DNA of 64,000 nucleotides from Macrostomum lignano (lineage: Eukaryota), in the NCBI GenBank assembly GCA_002269645.1, contig NIVC01001643.1, positions 62,001 to 126,000 of the forward strand, written 5' to 3'. Made by a program: the position numbers and the translations under genes. Shown one piece after another: positions 1 through 14,887 of this stretch (its first letter is position 1; each line of letters starts with the position of its first letter). The notes under the pieces are model-generated. The model did no database searches and was not told the DNA's origin. It saw only the letters and a program-made list of their open reading frames with translations.

Positions 1-689
1 TCATTACTCGAATTGAACTTTCTTCTACGAGCTAAAAGCAGAACTTAATTGATTGTCCATTGTCCCACAACTCGACAATTTTCATACGGAAAACTCCGAG
101 CTCTCCTTCGATTAAATAATCCAGCTCAAGCAATTGGAAATGGAATTACACGACCTCATTGCCCTCTGATATTGCTGGCTGATAAGAGGCGTAGAGATCA
201 AGGATCCGACATGACGCACGGGCTCGCGCAAATCAAATCCGGACTAATTAATTTGCTCAGCTAGGAGATTTTTTCTTTCTACCTCAGCAACCACCCAACG
301 GTGCGGTCCGTCCGACTCTTTGATCTCTGCGGCAGAGGGTATAGGAGAAGGAATTAACAGGGGAGGGGGTTAGACGGAGAAAAAGCTGGCCTCAATATGA
401 ATTATTCTGCCCAGTTGCGCTAATCCCGTACAACTGGCTCATAAAACTTGGCGGATATTTTCCACTCTAAGCTCAGCGACTCTCGATAGGCTATCCATTG
501 AGTAGCAATCAAATTTGATTTCAACCATCAAACTTATTATTGGCGAGAATAAATAATCACCCACCTGCCATATGTGAGGAGACAAAATCTACATAGGCAG
601 TTCCGATTCCCCATCAATATTATCCATCTAAATTTCTCAGTCTTTAGAGAAGCCGCAAGTCAGAAGATAAATATATAATTTGAGAAATA

Positions 690-1255
<566 letters not shown>

Positions 1256-1626
1256 GTAGACAGGCAGCATAGGAGTGGGTGATACGGAATCGCAATTAAA
1301 GAAGAAAGATGTGTACGCAAATAGAGATAAAGACCAGCTCAGGGGGGACTTGTTACTACGCTCGTACGATCCAATCGGAAGGCAGCAGTTATTGAGCATA
1401 TTCTGACCAATTGCAAGACTCTCCAACTGAAATATACAGAGCGATTGCTTCTAGAAAGTTTCTATTTTCCAAAGCGGAAACTCCTGAGAGCTCCGAACAC
1501 CCTCGTTTAATAGCCGCTGAAATGAAAACGTCGAACTACCGATTTTTGCAATGATACAAGTACATTAGGTACTAATCAAACAATTTGATAATTCTTGCGA
1601 ACGAAGACGCTGTTGAAAAAACCAGC

Positions 1627-1923
1627 ATGAACTCCGAGCACCGGCGAGAAATGCTGGAGAAGCTGCTAGTCTATGGCCCGAACCAGACTTGGGCCCGCAA
1701 CGTCAGCGCGGCGGTAAGTTCGACGCTAGTCAACAATACTCTGGCTGGAACTCTGTCTGCGGCTAATGACACGAACAGTTGGATGCACCCTGTGCTGTTT
1801 CAAGCTCGATATAACACAGTGCACATTGTGGTTACTAGCGTCATCCTGGCTGTTATCATTCTCTGCACGATTATTGGAAACGTATTCGTGGTGGCGGCTA
1901 TCATATTGGAGAAAAATCTTCAG
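1627..1923 (+). CDS. HTR1-like: 5-HT1-type serotonin receptor, coding exon 1 (N-terminus, TM1)
   Basis: ATG at 1627; N-glycosylation sequons, TM1 ...IIGNVFVVAAIILEKNLQ, donor CAG|GTAAG at 1924, phase 0. Confidence 0.9.
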
Positions 1924-1935
1924 GTAAGACAGTAG

Positions 1936-2598
1936 CTTGTGTCTTCAATTTGACGATTGTGTTCTCAAGTTCACGATTGTGACTTCAAGTTGATGATTGT
2001 GACTTCTAGTTGGTGATTGTGAATTCTAGTTGATGATTGTGTCTTCAATTTGACGCTTGTCTCCTCAAGTTGACGATTGTGACTTCAAGTTGACGATTGT
2101 GACTTCTAGTTGATGATTGTGACTTCAATTTGACGCTTGTGTCCTCAAGTTGACGATTGTGACTTCAAGTTGACGATTGTGACTTCTAGTTGATGATTGT
2201 GACTTCAATTTGACGATTGTGACTTCAATTTGACGATTTTGTCTTCAATTTGTTGCTTGTGTCTTCAATTTGACGATTTTGTCTTCAATTTGACGATTTT
2301 GTCTTCAATTTGACGATTGTGTCTTCAATTTGACGATTGTGACTTCAATTTGACGATTTTGTCTTCAATTTGTTGCTTGTGTCTTCAATTTGACGATTGT
2401 GTCCTCAAGTTGACGATTGTGACTTCAAGTTGACGATTGTGTTCTCAAGTTGACGATTGTGACTTCTAGTTGATGATTGTGTCTTCAATTTGACGATTGT
2501 GTCGTCAATTTGACGATTGTGTCTCGAATTTGACGATTGTCTCTTTAAGTTGACGATTGTGTCTTCAAATTGACGATTGTGTCTTCAAGTAGACGACT
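1936..2598. repeat. 20-bp minisatellite (GATTGTGTCTTCAATTTGAC-like), intron 1
   Basis: Period-20 repeat visible in 60-nt lines. Confidence 0.92.
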
Positions 2599-3202
2599 GT
2601 GTGCAACCACTATTCAACTTGTGTAACTAACCATTAATCTTCAGTATGATTGGGCCTTCAAATAGACGATCGTGTCTTAAACACGTAGCCTTAATATATA
2701 GCATCAGCTCAGGCAAAAGACTTGCATAGCAACCATCGATTTATTTGGGAAATTATTTATTAATAGAATCAAGAGAGCTTAAATCGAACTTTTATTTACA
2801 CAACTAAAGTCCTCTAATATGGGAAGTTATTCACTCCCTCGAACGCGCACTTGGTTCACTCACTACTGAGAGATGAACAGTCAGTTCACGAGGTAGATGG
2901 CATCAATCATTGGAGAAACGCTGGGTCAGCTAAATGCCGCCACTGCAGCGACGCAAAACTGTCGACAATTTTTGGTTGACTGACTGACTGACTTGACTTT
3001 TTTGTACTCGTGCAGGCTATTGATAATAATTATGAATTAACGGCCTCTGTCTCAGGATAATTTAGCCACCATAGTGATGCTCGCATCAGTGTGAACTTTA
3101 CAGGGTTATAATAAATATTTTAAGCTTTTGTTCGTTATCTATATGTAACCCTTCCTATATCACTCTCTTCAATCTTTCGGCAATATTGCCTCTCTCCCCC
3201 TT

Positions 3203-3318
3203 TGTGTCTGATCTATCTCCAATTGTGTCTGATCTATCTCTAATTGTGTCTGATCTATCTCCAACTGTGTCTGATCTATCTCCAATTGTGTCTGATCTAT
3301 CTCCACTTGTGTCTCATC
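3203..3318. repeat. 21-bp tandem repeat, about 5 copies
   Basis: TGTGTCTGATCTATCTCCAAT units. Confidence 0.85.
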
Positions 3319-3768
3319 TTTTTTGTTCATTTAATGCTTCTCTATTCGACAAATCTGTTGAATGTCTCAAGTGGCTCCTAGGGAGAGTCTGATTAGCAAA
3401 ATTAATCGCACCCAGACGAATAGTTCGAATGAGTTATACTCGTACTTTGGCCTCAATTAATTCTCTCATTAGTGTCGCAGGCGGCTAACGCACCTACATG
3501 TCAGACTTCGATAATTGCGCTCAGATGCGCGAATAACGTTCAACGCATCCCGGTTAGGCCTATGCGTTAGTCATTAACTTGGCATTGGGCGATGCAGCCC
3601 AGGGTAATAATAATAAAATGCCCACCCACTCCCCAGGTTCTGAGCTTGTTCTTTGTTATAAGGCTCTACAAGCTTTATTGTCCCTTGACACGTACCATGC
3701 AGGTGTCCAAAGCACATATCGCCAAGATGACTAGCTCGTCTTTTTGAAACCAGAGACGTGGTAAAATG

Positions 3769-4398
3769 CCTAGAATCGAACCTGGGTCACCTCATTAGGA
3801 TTCGAACCCGGGTCGTCACACCAGGGAATCGAACCCGGGTCGTCACACCAGGGAATCGAACCCGGGTCGTCACACTAGAGAATCGAACCCGGGTCGTCAC
3901 ACCAGGGAATCGAACCCGGGTCGTCACACCAGGGAATCGAACCCGGGTCGTCACACCAGGGAATCGAACCCGGGTCGTCACACCAGGGAATCGAACCCGG
4001 GTCGTCACACTAGGCCTAGGCAATCTCACCAGGAATCGAACCCGGCTCGTCACACCAGGGAATCGAACCCGGGTCGTCACACCAGGGAATCGAACCCGGG
4101 TCGTCACACCAAGGAATCGAACCCGGGTCGTCACACCAGGGAATCGAACCCGGGTCGTCACACCAGGAATCGAATCCCGGGTCGTCACACTAGGGAATCG
4201 AACCCGGGTCGTCACACCAGGAATCGAATCCCGGGTCGTCACACCAGGGAATCGAACCTGGGTCATCACACTAAGAATCGAACCCGGGTCGTCACACCAG
4301 GGAATCGAACCTGGGTCATCACACTAAGAATCGAACCCGGGTCGTCCCACTAGGGAATCGAATCCGGGTCGTCACACCAGGAATCGAACCCCGGGTCG
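3769..4398 (-). repeat. 27-bp minisatellite whose unit contains a tRNA T-arm/Pol III B-box (about 23 copies)
   Basis: Minus-strand unit TGGTGTGACGACCCGGGTTCGATTCCC; GGTTCGATTCC is the B-box consensus. Confidence 0.88.
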
Positions 4399-4742
4399 TG
4401 CTTATCTCCAGCTCAAGTTAGAGTGTATCGAAGCAGGGTGAAGTTACTCGAGGCTAAAGATTACAAGAGCGCAGGGGTCGCACAAAACCCATTTTAGGAA
4501 AATTCCCCGAAATATGGCCTTTCTCCCCGCTGGGTTAGGGATCCCCAGAATTAACAGGGTCCTCATTTTCCTCGGAAAGAGCCGGATTAGAAGTGGATGA
4601 GTGGGCGGATGATCTCCACTCTCGCGTCTCCAGGTTTTGATCTATTCTAGGCATAATTTTTTTACTGGAAAATCTTACTTGAAAGACGGGGCGAGCTTTA
4701 ATAAACAACTAATGACACTCACTACGTGAATTAGGGCTGCCC

Positions 4743-4881
<139 letters not shown>

Positions 4882-5269
4882 CCCTTCACTTCGATCCAAG
4901 AACTTTTTTCTATCAAAAAATACATCACCGCATCTAAATAAAGTGCTTCACAGCTAAGCAAGCCGCCCCCCCAGGCTGAGTCACGCAGAGCAAACACGGG
5001 AGACCGCGGGTAATTAACTTGACTTATCTGATTATCAAGTTTAAATAAAATGAGAGGAAAAAACTGTGACCCAACAAGATCTTGGACAAATTACCACTCT
5101 GAGGGTAACTGGCTTGTATTAAAGGAATATTGACTGCAAACAGCACACTGCCTGGTGCAGAGGAACTGGGTTCAGTACCCGCTTCATCCTCTACATTGCA
5201 CCCTCAGCTAGGCATGTTTATTTTTCTGTTAGACTCTGAACTCGACAGTCCAGTAATTATCGCCACTTT

Positions 5270-5745
5270 AAGTAGCGCCACATTAAACGGCGCCAAACCT
5301 ATTAGCGCCACATTAAAAGGCGCCAACCCTATTAGCGCCACATCAAACGGTGTCAACCCTATTAGCGCCACATCAAATAGCGCCAAACCTATTAGCACCA
5401 CATTAAACGGCGCCAACCCTATTAGCGCCAGATTAAAAGGCGCCAAACCTATTAGCGCCACATTAAAAGGCGCCAACCCTATTAGCGCCACATTAAAAGG
5501 CGCCAACCCTATTAGCGCCACATCAAACGGTGTCAACCCTATTAGCGCCACATCAAACGGTGCCAAACCTATTAGCGCCACATCAAATAGCGCCAAACCT
5601 ATTAGCGCCACATTAAACGGCGCCAACCCTATTAGCGCCAGATTAAAAGGCGCCAAACCTATTAGCGCCACATTAAAAGGCGCCAACCCAATTAGCGCCA
5701 CATCAAACGGCACCAAACCTATTAGCGCCACATTAAACGGCGCTA
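5270..5745. repeat. 30-bp minisatellite (CCTATTAGCGCCACATTAAAAGGCGCCAAA), about 16 copies
   Basis: Direct reading; source of ORFs 5130-5750. Confidence 0.92.
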
Positions 5746-6373
5746 GTTAAAAAAATCGAGGCACCACTCAAAATTCGGCGCCATTCTAAATAGCGCCATT
5801 GGCGCCAACCCTCAAACATGGTTTAGAGTTGCTAGCTAGAAGGCCTGCGCTCGTAGAAAACGCATAAGACTCCGGCTTGATAGGCTCGGATTAGTGGAAA
5901 CCCATTTCGCATTAATAATTCATTAGCTAGAGCATTCAACCCAGCCCTTTTAGCTTTGCTAGTTAGAAAGTCAAGTTGCATTCAATTTTCACTATCCGGT
6001 CTGGAATAAACTTCACGGATCAGTCATAAACTTCTACTCAATAATGCAAATTGTAAAACTTGCAACTTTCGCTTCTCTATGCAGGTGTGCGTGATGCAAG
6101 CTTGCCCAGTGAATCGAGACCAAATTTGGCTCGGGTTTAGTCTAAATTTACATCTGCAAGTCCACGTGAGACACAAGGGCGATTTAGGTAGAAGGACGGG
6201 AAACCTCGTTTCTTAGAAAATTTTAGAGGGCAGGCTTTTCCCAAAAAAATACACTACGGAGATGGAGGTTTTCATTATTTCAGCACAAAAATTGCTAAAT
6301 TGCTTTTGATAGGAGGCAGATCCAGTATTCATCTTTTGATATGTTGTGCCTTTTTTATTGCTCTATCGATATC

Positions 6374-6674
6374 CATAAAGCTTTTTGTTAAAAAATAAGG
6401 ATTCTATGCTAGTTTTTTATTTTGCGTACATTTGCACATATCTTGTGTCTAAAAACCATTAAGATGGCACGGCTCAGTTCTTTGGTTTTATGAGTCTACT
6501 TTATCATTCTTAGATGGCTTTATAACAAATATTTGTAACAGAGATGATAAAATAGATTTATAAAACCAAAGATTTGAGCTGTGCCGTGCATTATTATGAT
6601 TGTTAGGTATAGGAAATGTACTTAGAATAAAACATTAACACAGAATCCTAATTTTTTGAACGAAAAGCTTTATG
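6374..6674. mobile_element. Foldback/MITE-like imperfect palindrome, arms about 135 bp
   Basis: 6374-6507 is the reverse complement of 6544-6674 with scattered mismatches (e.g. CATAAAGCTTTT...GGATTCT and GGCACGGCTCAGTTCTTTGGTTTTAT versus ATAAAACCAAAGATTTGAGCTGTGCC). Confidence 0.75.
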
Positions 6675-7024
6675 AAGGCACCACAACCTCCTGCTAAATG
6701 AATGAAACCAAGGATTTATTGCTGACCTTTTTTGTCATGCCCCTTTATTAATAACACAGCTGACTCAAGGTTCGCCCCCCCCCCCCAATGTCGTCAAAGC
6801 ACCTCCTTTCTATGCAACTCCAAGTACTGATCCAATGAGTCTCATTGGTTTACCAATGCTTGGCAATGCAACACGATAGCATTGACAGGAAAATTGGTTT
6901 GGATTTTGTGCTTGTCAATCAAATACTAAATTAATTGCAATACTGATACTGCTGCATTTATTGATTGATCGTTTGATTGATCCTTCTAATTGGCAGTTAA
7001 AGTTGCAACATTGTTCTATCTTCT

Positions 7025-7215
7025 TTGAGATTTTCCCCTGAGATTGTCCCCTGAGATTCTCCCTGAGATTCTCCCCTGAGATTCTCCCCTGCTCCAGATT
7101 CTTCCCTGAGAATCTCCCTGAGATTCTCCCTAAGATTCTCCCCTGCACGAGGTTCTCCCCTGAGGTTCTCCCCTGAGGTTCTCCTTGAGATTCTCCTCGA
7201 TATTCTCTCCTGGAT
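7025..7215. repeat. About 13-bp degenerate repeat (GATTCTCCCCTGA)
   Basis: Direct reading. Confidence 0.8.
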
Positions 7216-7339
7216 ACATCCTTTGATATTCATTTTGTGAGATCTTCACATGAGAATTCTCTCCGATAGTATCATACGTAGATTCTTTCGTGACAGTTTA
7301 CTAACTGAAAAACTGTGCCATTAAACTACTCACTTGCAG

Positions 7340-7448
7340 AGTGTGTCGAACTACCTCATCCTGAGTTTGGCCGTCGCCGATCTCATGGTGGCGACCCTCG
7401 TGATGCCGATCAGCGCGTTGAACGAATTATCGAAAGCTTGGTGGCTCG
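7340..7448 (+). CDS. HTR1-like: 5-HT1-type receptor, exon 2 (TM2-ECL1); not in the ORF track
   Basis: ttgcAG|AGTGTG...; translates SVSNYLILSLAVADLMVATLVMPISALNELSKAWWL-G; donor G|GTGAG at 7449; phases 0 and 1 fit both neighbours. Confidence 0.92.
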
Positions 7449-7604
7449 GTGAGTTCCTACCGGGATGCGCTTGCATTCGAGCATAGGGCTGGACGGCCTA
7501 TGACTCGCACCCATGAGGGCCGAACCCAAAGCGCAAGCAATTTAGCATGCCTGCCTGCCTGTAATCTCCTTTAATCTCTACCCATTTTTAGTTAATAAGC
7601 AGCT

Positions 7605-10195
7605 CTTTCCCAAACACCAGCACTTTCCCAAACACCAGCACTTCCCCAAACACCGGCACTTTCCCAAACACCAGCACTTTCCCAAACACCAGCACTTCCC
7701 CAAACACCAGCACTTCCCCAAACACCGGCACTTCCCCAAACACCAGCACTTCCCCAAACACCGGCACTTCCCCAAACACCGGCACTTCCCCAAACACCAG
7801 CACTTCGCCAAACACCAGCACTTCCCCAAACACCAGCACTTCCCCAAACACCAGCACTTTCCCAAACACCAGCACTTTCCCAAACACCAGCACTTCCCCA
7901 AACACCAGCACTTCCCCAAACACCGGCACTTCCCCAAACACCAGCACTTCCCCAAACACCAGCACTTCGCCAAACACCAGCACTTCCCCAAACACCAGCA
8001 CTTCCCCAAACACCAGCACTTCCCCAAACACCGGCACTTCCCCAAACACCAGCACTTTCCCAAACACCAGCACTTCCCCAAACACCGGCACTTCCCCAAA
8101 CACCAGCACTTCCCCAAACACCAGCACTTCCCCAAACACCAGCACTTCGCCAAACACCAGCACTTCCCCAAACACCGGCACTTCGCCAAACACCAGCACT
8201 TCGCCAAACACCAGCACTTCCCCAAACACCAGCACTTCGCCAAACACCAGCACTTCCCCAAACACCAGCACTTCCCCAAACACCAGCACTTCCCCAAACA
8301 CCAGCACTTCCCCAAACACCAGCACTTCCCCAAACACCAGCACTTCCCCAAACACCAGCACTTCCCCAAACACCGGCACTTCCCCAAACACCGGCACTTT
8401 CCCAAACACCAGCACTTCCCCAAACACCGGCACTTCCCCAAACACCAGCACTTCGCCAAACACCAGCACTTCCCCAAACACCGGCACTTCCCCAAACACC
8501 AGCACTTCCCCAAACACCAGCACTTCCCCAAACACCAGCACTTCGCCAAACACCAGCACTTCCCCAAACACCGGCACTTCCCCAAACACCAGCACTTCCC
8601 CAAACACCAGCACTTCCCCAAACACCAGCACTTCCCCAAACACCAGCACTTCGCCAAACACCAGCACTTCCCAAACACCGGCACTTCCCCAAACACCAGC
8701 ACTTCCCCAAACACCAGCACTTCCCCAAACACCAGCACTTCCCCAAACACCAGCACTTCCCCAAACACCAGCACTTCCCCAAACACCAGCACTTCCCCAA
8801 ACACCAGCACTTCCCCAAACACCAGCACTTCCCCAAACACCAGCACTTCCCCAAACACCAGCACTTCCCCAAACACCAGCACTTCCCCAAACACCAGCAC
8901 TTCCCCAAACACCAGCACTTCCCCAAACACCAGCACTTCCCCAAACACCAGCACTTCCCCAAACACCAGCACTTCGCCAAACACCAGCACTTCCCCAAAC
9001 ACCGGCACTTCCCCAAACACCAGCACTTCCCCAAACACCAGCACTTCCCCAAACACCAGCACTTCCCCAAACACCAGCACTTCCCCAAACACCAGCACTT
9101 CCCCAAACACCAGCACTTCCCCAAACACCAGCACTTCCCCAAACACCAGCACTTCCCCAAACACCAGCACTTCCCCAAACACCAGCACTTCCCCAAACAC
9201 CAGCACTTCCCCAAAAACCAGCACTTCCCCAAACACCGGCACTTCCCCAAACACCAGCACTTCCCCAAACACCAGCACTTCCCCAAACACCAGCACTTCG
9301 CCAAACACCAGCACTTCCCAAACACCGGCACTTCCCCAAACACCAGCACTTCCCCAAACACCAGCACTTCCCCAAACACCAGCACTTCCCCAAACACCAG
9401 CACTTCCCCAAACACCAGCACTTCCCCAAACACCAGCACTTCCCCAAACACCAGCACTTCCCCAAACACCAGCACTTCCCCAAACACCAGCACTTCCCCA
9501 AACACCAGCACTTCCCCAAACACCAGCACTTCCCCAAACACCAGCACTTCCCCAAACACCAGCACTTCCCCAAACACCAGCACTTCCCCAAACACCAGCA
9601 CTTCCCCAAACACCAGCACTTCCCCAAACACCAGCACTTCCCCAAACACCAGCACTTCCCCAAACACCAGCACTTCCCCAAACACCAGCACTTCCCCAAA
9701 CACCAGCACTTCCCCAAACACCAGCACTTCCCCAAACACCAGCACTTCCCCAAACACCAGCACTTCCCCAAACACCGGCACTTCCCCAAACACCAGCACT
9801 TCCCCAAACACCAGCACTTCCCCAAACACCAGCACTTCCCCAAACACCAGCACTTCCCCAAACACCGCACTTCCCCAAACACCAGCACTTCCCCAAACAC
9901 CAGCACTTCCCCAAACACCAGCACTTCCCCAAACACCAGCACTTCCCCAAACACCAGCACTTCCCCAAACACCAGCACTTCCCCAAACACCAGCACTTCC
10001 CCAAACACCAGCACTTCCCCAAACACCAGCACTTCCCCAAACACCAGCACTTCCCCAAACACCAGCACTTCCCCAAACACCAGCACTTCCCCAAACACCA
10101 GCACTTCCCCAAACACCAGCACTTCCCCAAACACCAGCACTTCCCCAAACACCAGCACTTCTCCAATCAACAGCATTTCTCCAAACAACAGCTAC
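7605..10195. repeat. 18-bp minisatellite (CACTTCCCCAAACACCAG), about 140 copies, intron 2
   Basis: Direct reading; explains the three 750-870 aa minus-strand ORFs. Confidence 0.97.
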
Positions 10196-11029
10196 AGCAT
10201 GTTCCCAAGTCCGCAGTACCCAAGCAGAATTGACGCCAACTTATACTCAATCCAATATCTATTAATGAATCTATCTATTAGTGTCTCAGCACACACTCCA
10301 GGCACAGAAGCACTGACACACAATCAGAAGGAAACTTATTAACTTCCAGCATAGCTCGAGGCTCTGTTGTTGCGGTAGTCAGTCAGCCTTCTTAATCTCA
10401 AGGGGTTGGGGTAGGAACACGAACTGATAAGGTATAAAGAATTGATAAATAACTTTGCGATATGGATATTGATCAGCACCCAAGGGCAAGCCGGATATAT
10501 TGAATAGAAAATTTAATAAGCTGTGACAGCTCGAGGACAAGTCAATCATGCAAGGCTGGAGCCAAATGTAAGCAAGTGTAGTACGAATATCCTGGATGTC
10601 ACTGCTCTCATGGGAAGGATTCGGGTATTGTTAGAGCGGTCCCGATTTTCTAATCGTCCAGGCATGTACAATAGTGTTGCTTTCATGCAGCAAGCAGTTG
10701 CTTCCTAGCCACCGTTGCTTTTATTCTGATTTTCAACAAAGATGAGAAAGACTATAGGGCTGATTGGCGGTATCAGTTTTCTGTGCCCTTTGTGCCAGCT
10801 TCGTTGCCAATGCAAAGATCATTAGTAAGTATTGGTGCTGCCTTTGTAAGGCTCTCCTGTCCTACTTTGTGATTTTTCTGTCTTTGATCTTTATTCCGGA
10901 TTTAGTTCCCAGTGAGTTTCTAACATCCTTGCTAATGCATGACTTCTCAATGCCATGTAGCTTTATCCATGCTGGCCTTAAACCCAGCGCTAGAATGCGC
11001 AAATTTGCTCTATAATCTCAAATTTCGAA

Positions 11030-12070
<1,041 letters not shown>

Positions 12071-12679
12071 CTCAAATCTAAAATGCCAATTATCAATATC
12101 AAATCTCGAATTTCAAAAATCAAATCTCAAGTCTTTATTTGTAAAATCTCAAATCTTGTAGAATCTGTTCTCCGGACAATCCAACCCAGCAAACAAAGTT
12201 CTCAAAAAAAATTCTTTCTCACTGATTCTCTCTGAAATCGGACGAAGAAATTTCAAACTAGATTGGCATTTTTCGGCTTCTGGTCTCCTGCTGATGTCCC
12301 TCTCGCCTTATCAGGGGTGCTGTGAGGCGTACAATCTGTGGCGACAGATTGCGGAACCGAGCTTCTGGTTGGGAGCTGCAGCTTTTTCACCCCGCAGACC
12401 TTCCATGCGGAGCCGAATCCCCAAGTTTCAAGGAATTCCCCGCGGTTTTGGTCTGCAGCGCACAGGATTGTCACAGATGGGTGGCTTGCGGAATCGATGC
12501 TGGACTCTGAAATTATATTTGATTAACAGGAATTTTATCCACCTATAAGATTCAATCCCGTTGGGTCCCGAAAATCAAAGGAACTGTAGCGTTTAAGCGA
12601 GGTTTTGCTTCGCTGAGTATAACCTAAAACTTCGGCATCTCTTGTTTCAATTGAAAAATTCACTGCAAGATGTCAGCCA

Positions 12680-13224
<545 letters not shown>

Positions 13225-13668
13225 TTCTTCTTAATTCACCTCTGAATCGCTTTTAAGAATGAGTAAGTACAGTAACGTCACGTGAGTGTCTTGTAGGATT
13301 TTTAGGTTAAGAAATCCCAAAATCTGCTTCTGAGAGACTTGAACCGAGACTCTTTTTCTGAGCTTTTCTTTTTCGCAAAAAAGCTTTTTCAACAGATTGA
13401 AAATTCTGAAAGGGAAAGACTAAGTGAGGGCGGGCACGGATCAGACATGTTGATTTTACAACAGCATGCAAATCCAGGAAGTGAAATACAACACTGCAGC
13501 AGTTCTATCCCAGACGTAATTTATTCTACAAATCCTGTTTAAACGATTGTTCATTTGTAAAAACCTCTTTGGAGTGCATCAAGGATGCTCCATGCCTAAC
13601 TTTACACCTGTTTGCGGGATCAGTGTCACGTGACTTTCTGATTTGAATCGTCTTGAAGCAGTCGTTTT

Positions 13669-13892
13669 AATTGCTAATCTAGCCAATCACAGATCAATTG
13701 GAATAGAATGGATTGCTAAACTAGCCAATCACAGATCAATTGGAATAGAATGGATTGCTAAACTAGCCAATCACAAATCAATTGGAATAGAATGGATTGC
13801 TAATCTAGCCAATCACAAATCAATTGGAATAGAGTGGATTGCTAATCTAGCCAATCACAAATCAATTGGAATAGAATGGATTGCTAATCTAG
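13669..13892. repeat. 42-bp satellite, short intronic array (about 5 units)
   Basis: Unit GATTGCTAATCTAGCCAATCACAAATCAATTGGAATAGAATG. Confidence 0.95.
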
Positions 13893-13946
13893 TAAAACAC
13901 AAAATTATCGACCAGACTCTCATACCAATTGCCTCATCTTTCACAG

Positions 13947-14887
13947 GCATTCATCTCTGCGATTTGTGGATCTGTTTCGACATTCTGTGCTGTACAGCCT
14001 CCATCCTTCATCTGGTTGGCATCGCGGTTGATCGCTATTGGGCGGTGACAAACGTTGACTATATTCGAGTTCGGACTGGCAAACGAATTGGCCTGATGAT
14101 AGTTGCCGTGTGGGTCATCAGCCTGGCGATCAGCCTCCCAGCCAGATTCACTCTCACGGACGAGCTTCGCCGAACTCAAATCGCAAACGGCACTTGCGCA
14201 ATCAATGAGGACACGGTGTACACAATTTTCTCTACCGTCGGGGCCTTCTACCTGCCGATGCTGTTTATGATCGCCATCTACATCAAAATCTACCAGACTG
14301 CCAGAAAGCGAATTCGTAAGAAAGCCTTCAAGGGCCAGAACAAAGCGATACAGTTGGTGCAGAACCAGCAGCGCCAGGAATCGAACTTGGGCACACCGCA
14401 AGCGGACGACTTGCCAGAAGCTGAACAAGGCCCCCAGCAGCAGCAGCAGACCACTTCTTTCATTAAATCTTCTGGCAAAGCAAAATTGCAAAAGCTGAAG
14501 AAATTCAAACAGCAGCAGCAGCACAACGGCGATCGCCATGGCGACAGTCACCCGGAGGAACGCCGTCTGACCCCGCAGTCCAAGGCGGCCCACCAGCGCG
14601 AGAAACTTGAGCACAAACGGGAGCGCAAAGCTGCCCGAACTCTGGCCATCATCACTGGCTGCTTCCTGATCTGTTGGATCCCATTCTTCCTCCGGGCAAC
14701 AGTTTGTCCATTCTGTGCGGACCTGTGCTTCGAACTGATCCCAGACTCCGGGCACTCCTTCATCCTTTGGCTTGGCTACATGAACAGCTTATTAAACCCC
14801 GTTATTTACACAATATTCTCGCCGGATTTTCGAAACGCTTTTAGCAAGATTTTGTTCGGCCGCTACCACAGAAGAGGCTACCGGTGA
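13947..14887 (+). CDS. HTR1-like: 5-HT1-type receptor, terminal exon copy 1 (TM3-TM7)
   Basis: ttcacAG|GC acceptor in phase 1; amine-binding Asp in WICFDILCCTASILHL, DRYW, YTIFSTVGAFYLP, RERKAARTLAIITG, CWIPFF, WLGYMNSLLNPVIY; stop at 14887. Confidence 0.93.

Noticed and set aside
3769-4398. tRNA gene cluster or CRISPR array
   Set aside because: Units are 27 bp with only a T-arm and no unique spacers. None of the arrays in the window has repeat-spacer structure and there are no cas genes.
7578-10188. 750-870 aa Cys/Trp-rich ORFs
   Set aside because: All three frames are open over an 18-bp repeat inside an intron; not protein-coding evidence.
10200-11020. Possible decayed transposon coding sequence; also 44840-45210 and 50600-51440
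   Set aside because: No motif I can recognise in any frame; needs a tBLASTx/Dfam search.
12332-12351. Perfect 8-bp hairpin CAATCTGT-GGCG-ACAGATTG as part of a ribozyme
   Set aside because: No hammerhead (CTGATGA...GAAA) or HDV core around it.
13625-13634. GTCACGTGAC palindromes (also near 53382) as CLEAR/E-box elements
   Set aside because: Short, scattered and not at identified promoters.
13643-13946. N-terminal ANLANHKSIGIEWI repeats on the 414-aa ORF
   Set aside because: In-frame read-through of intronic satellite; the real exon starts at the acceptor at 13947.
13934-14763. Antisense ORFs over the receptor exon copies
   Set aside because: Shadow frames of GC-rich coding sequence with no recognisable domains.
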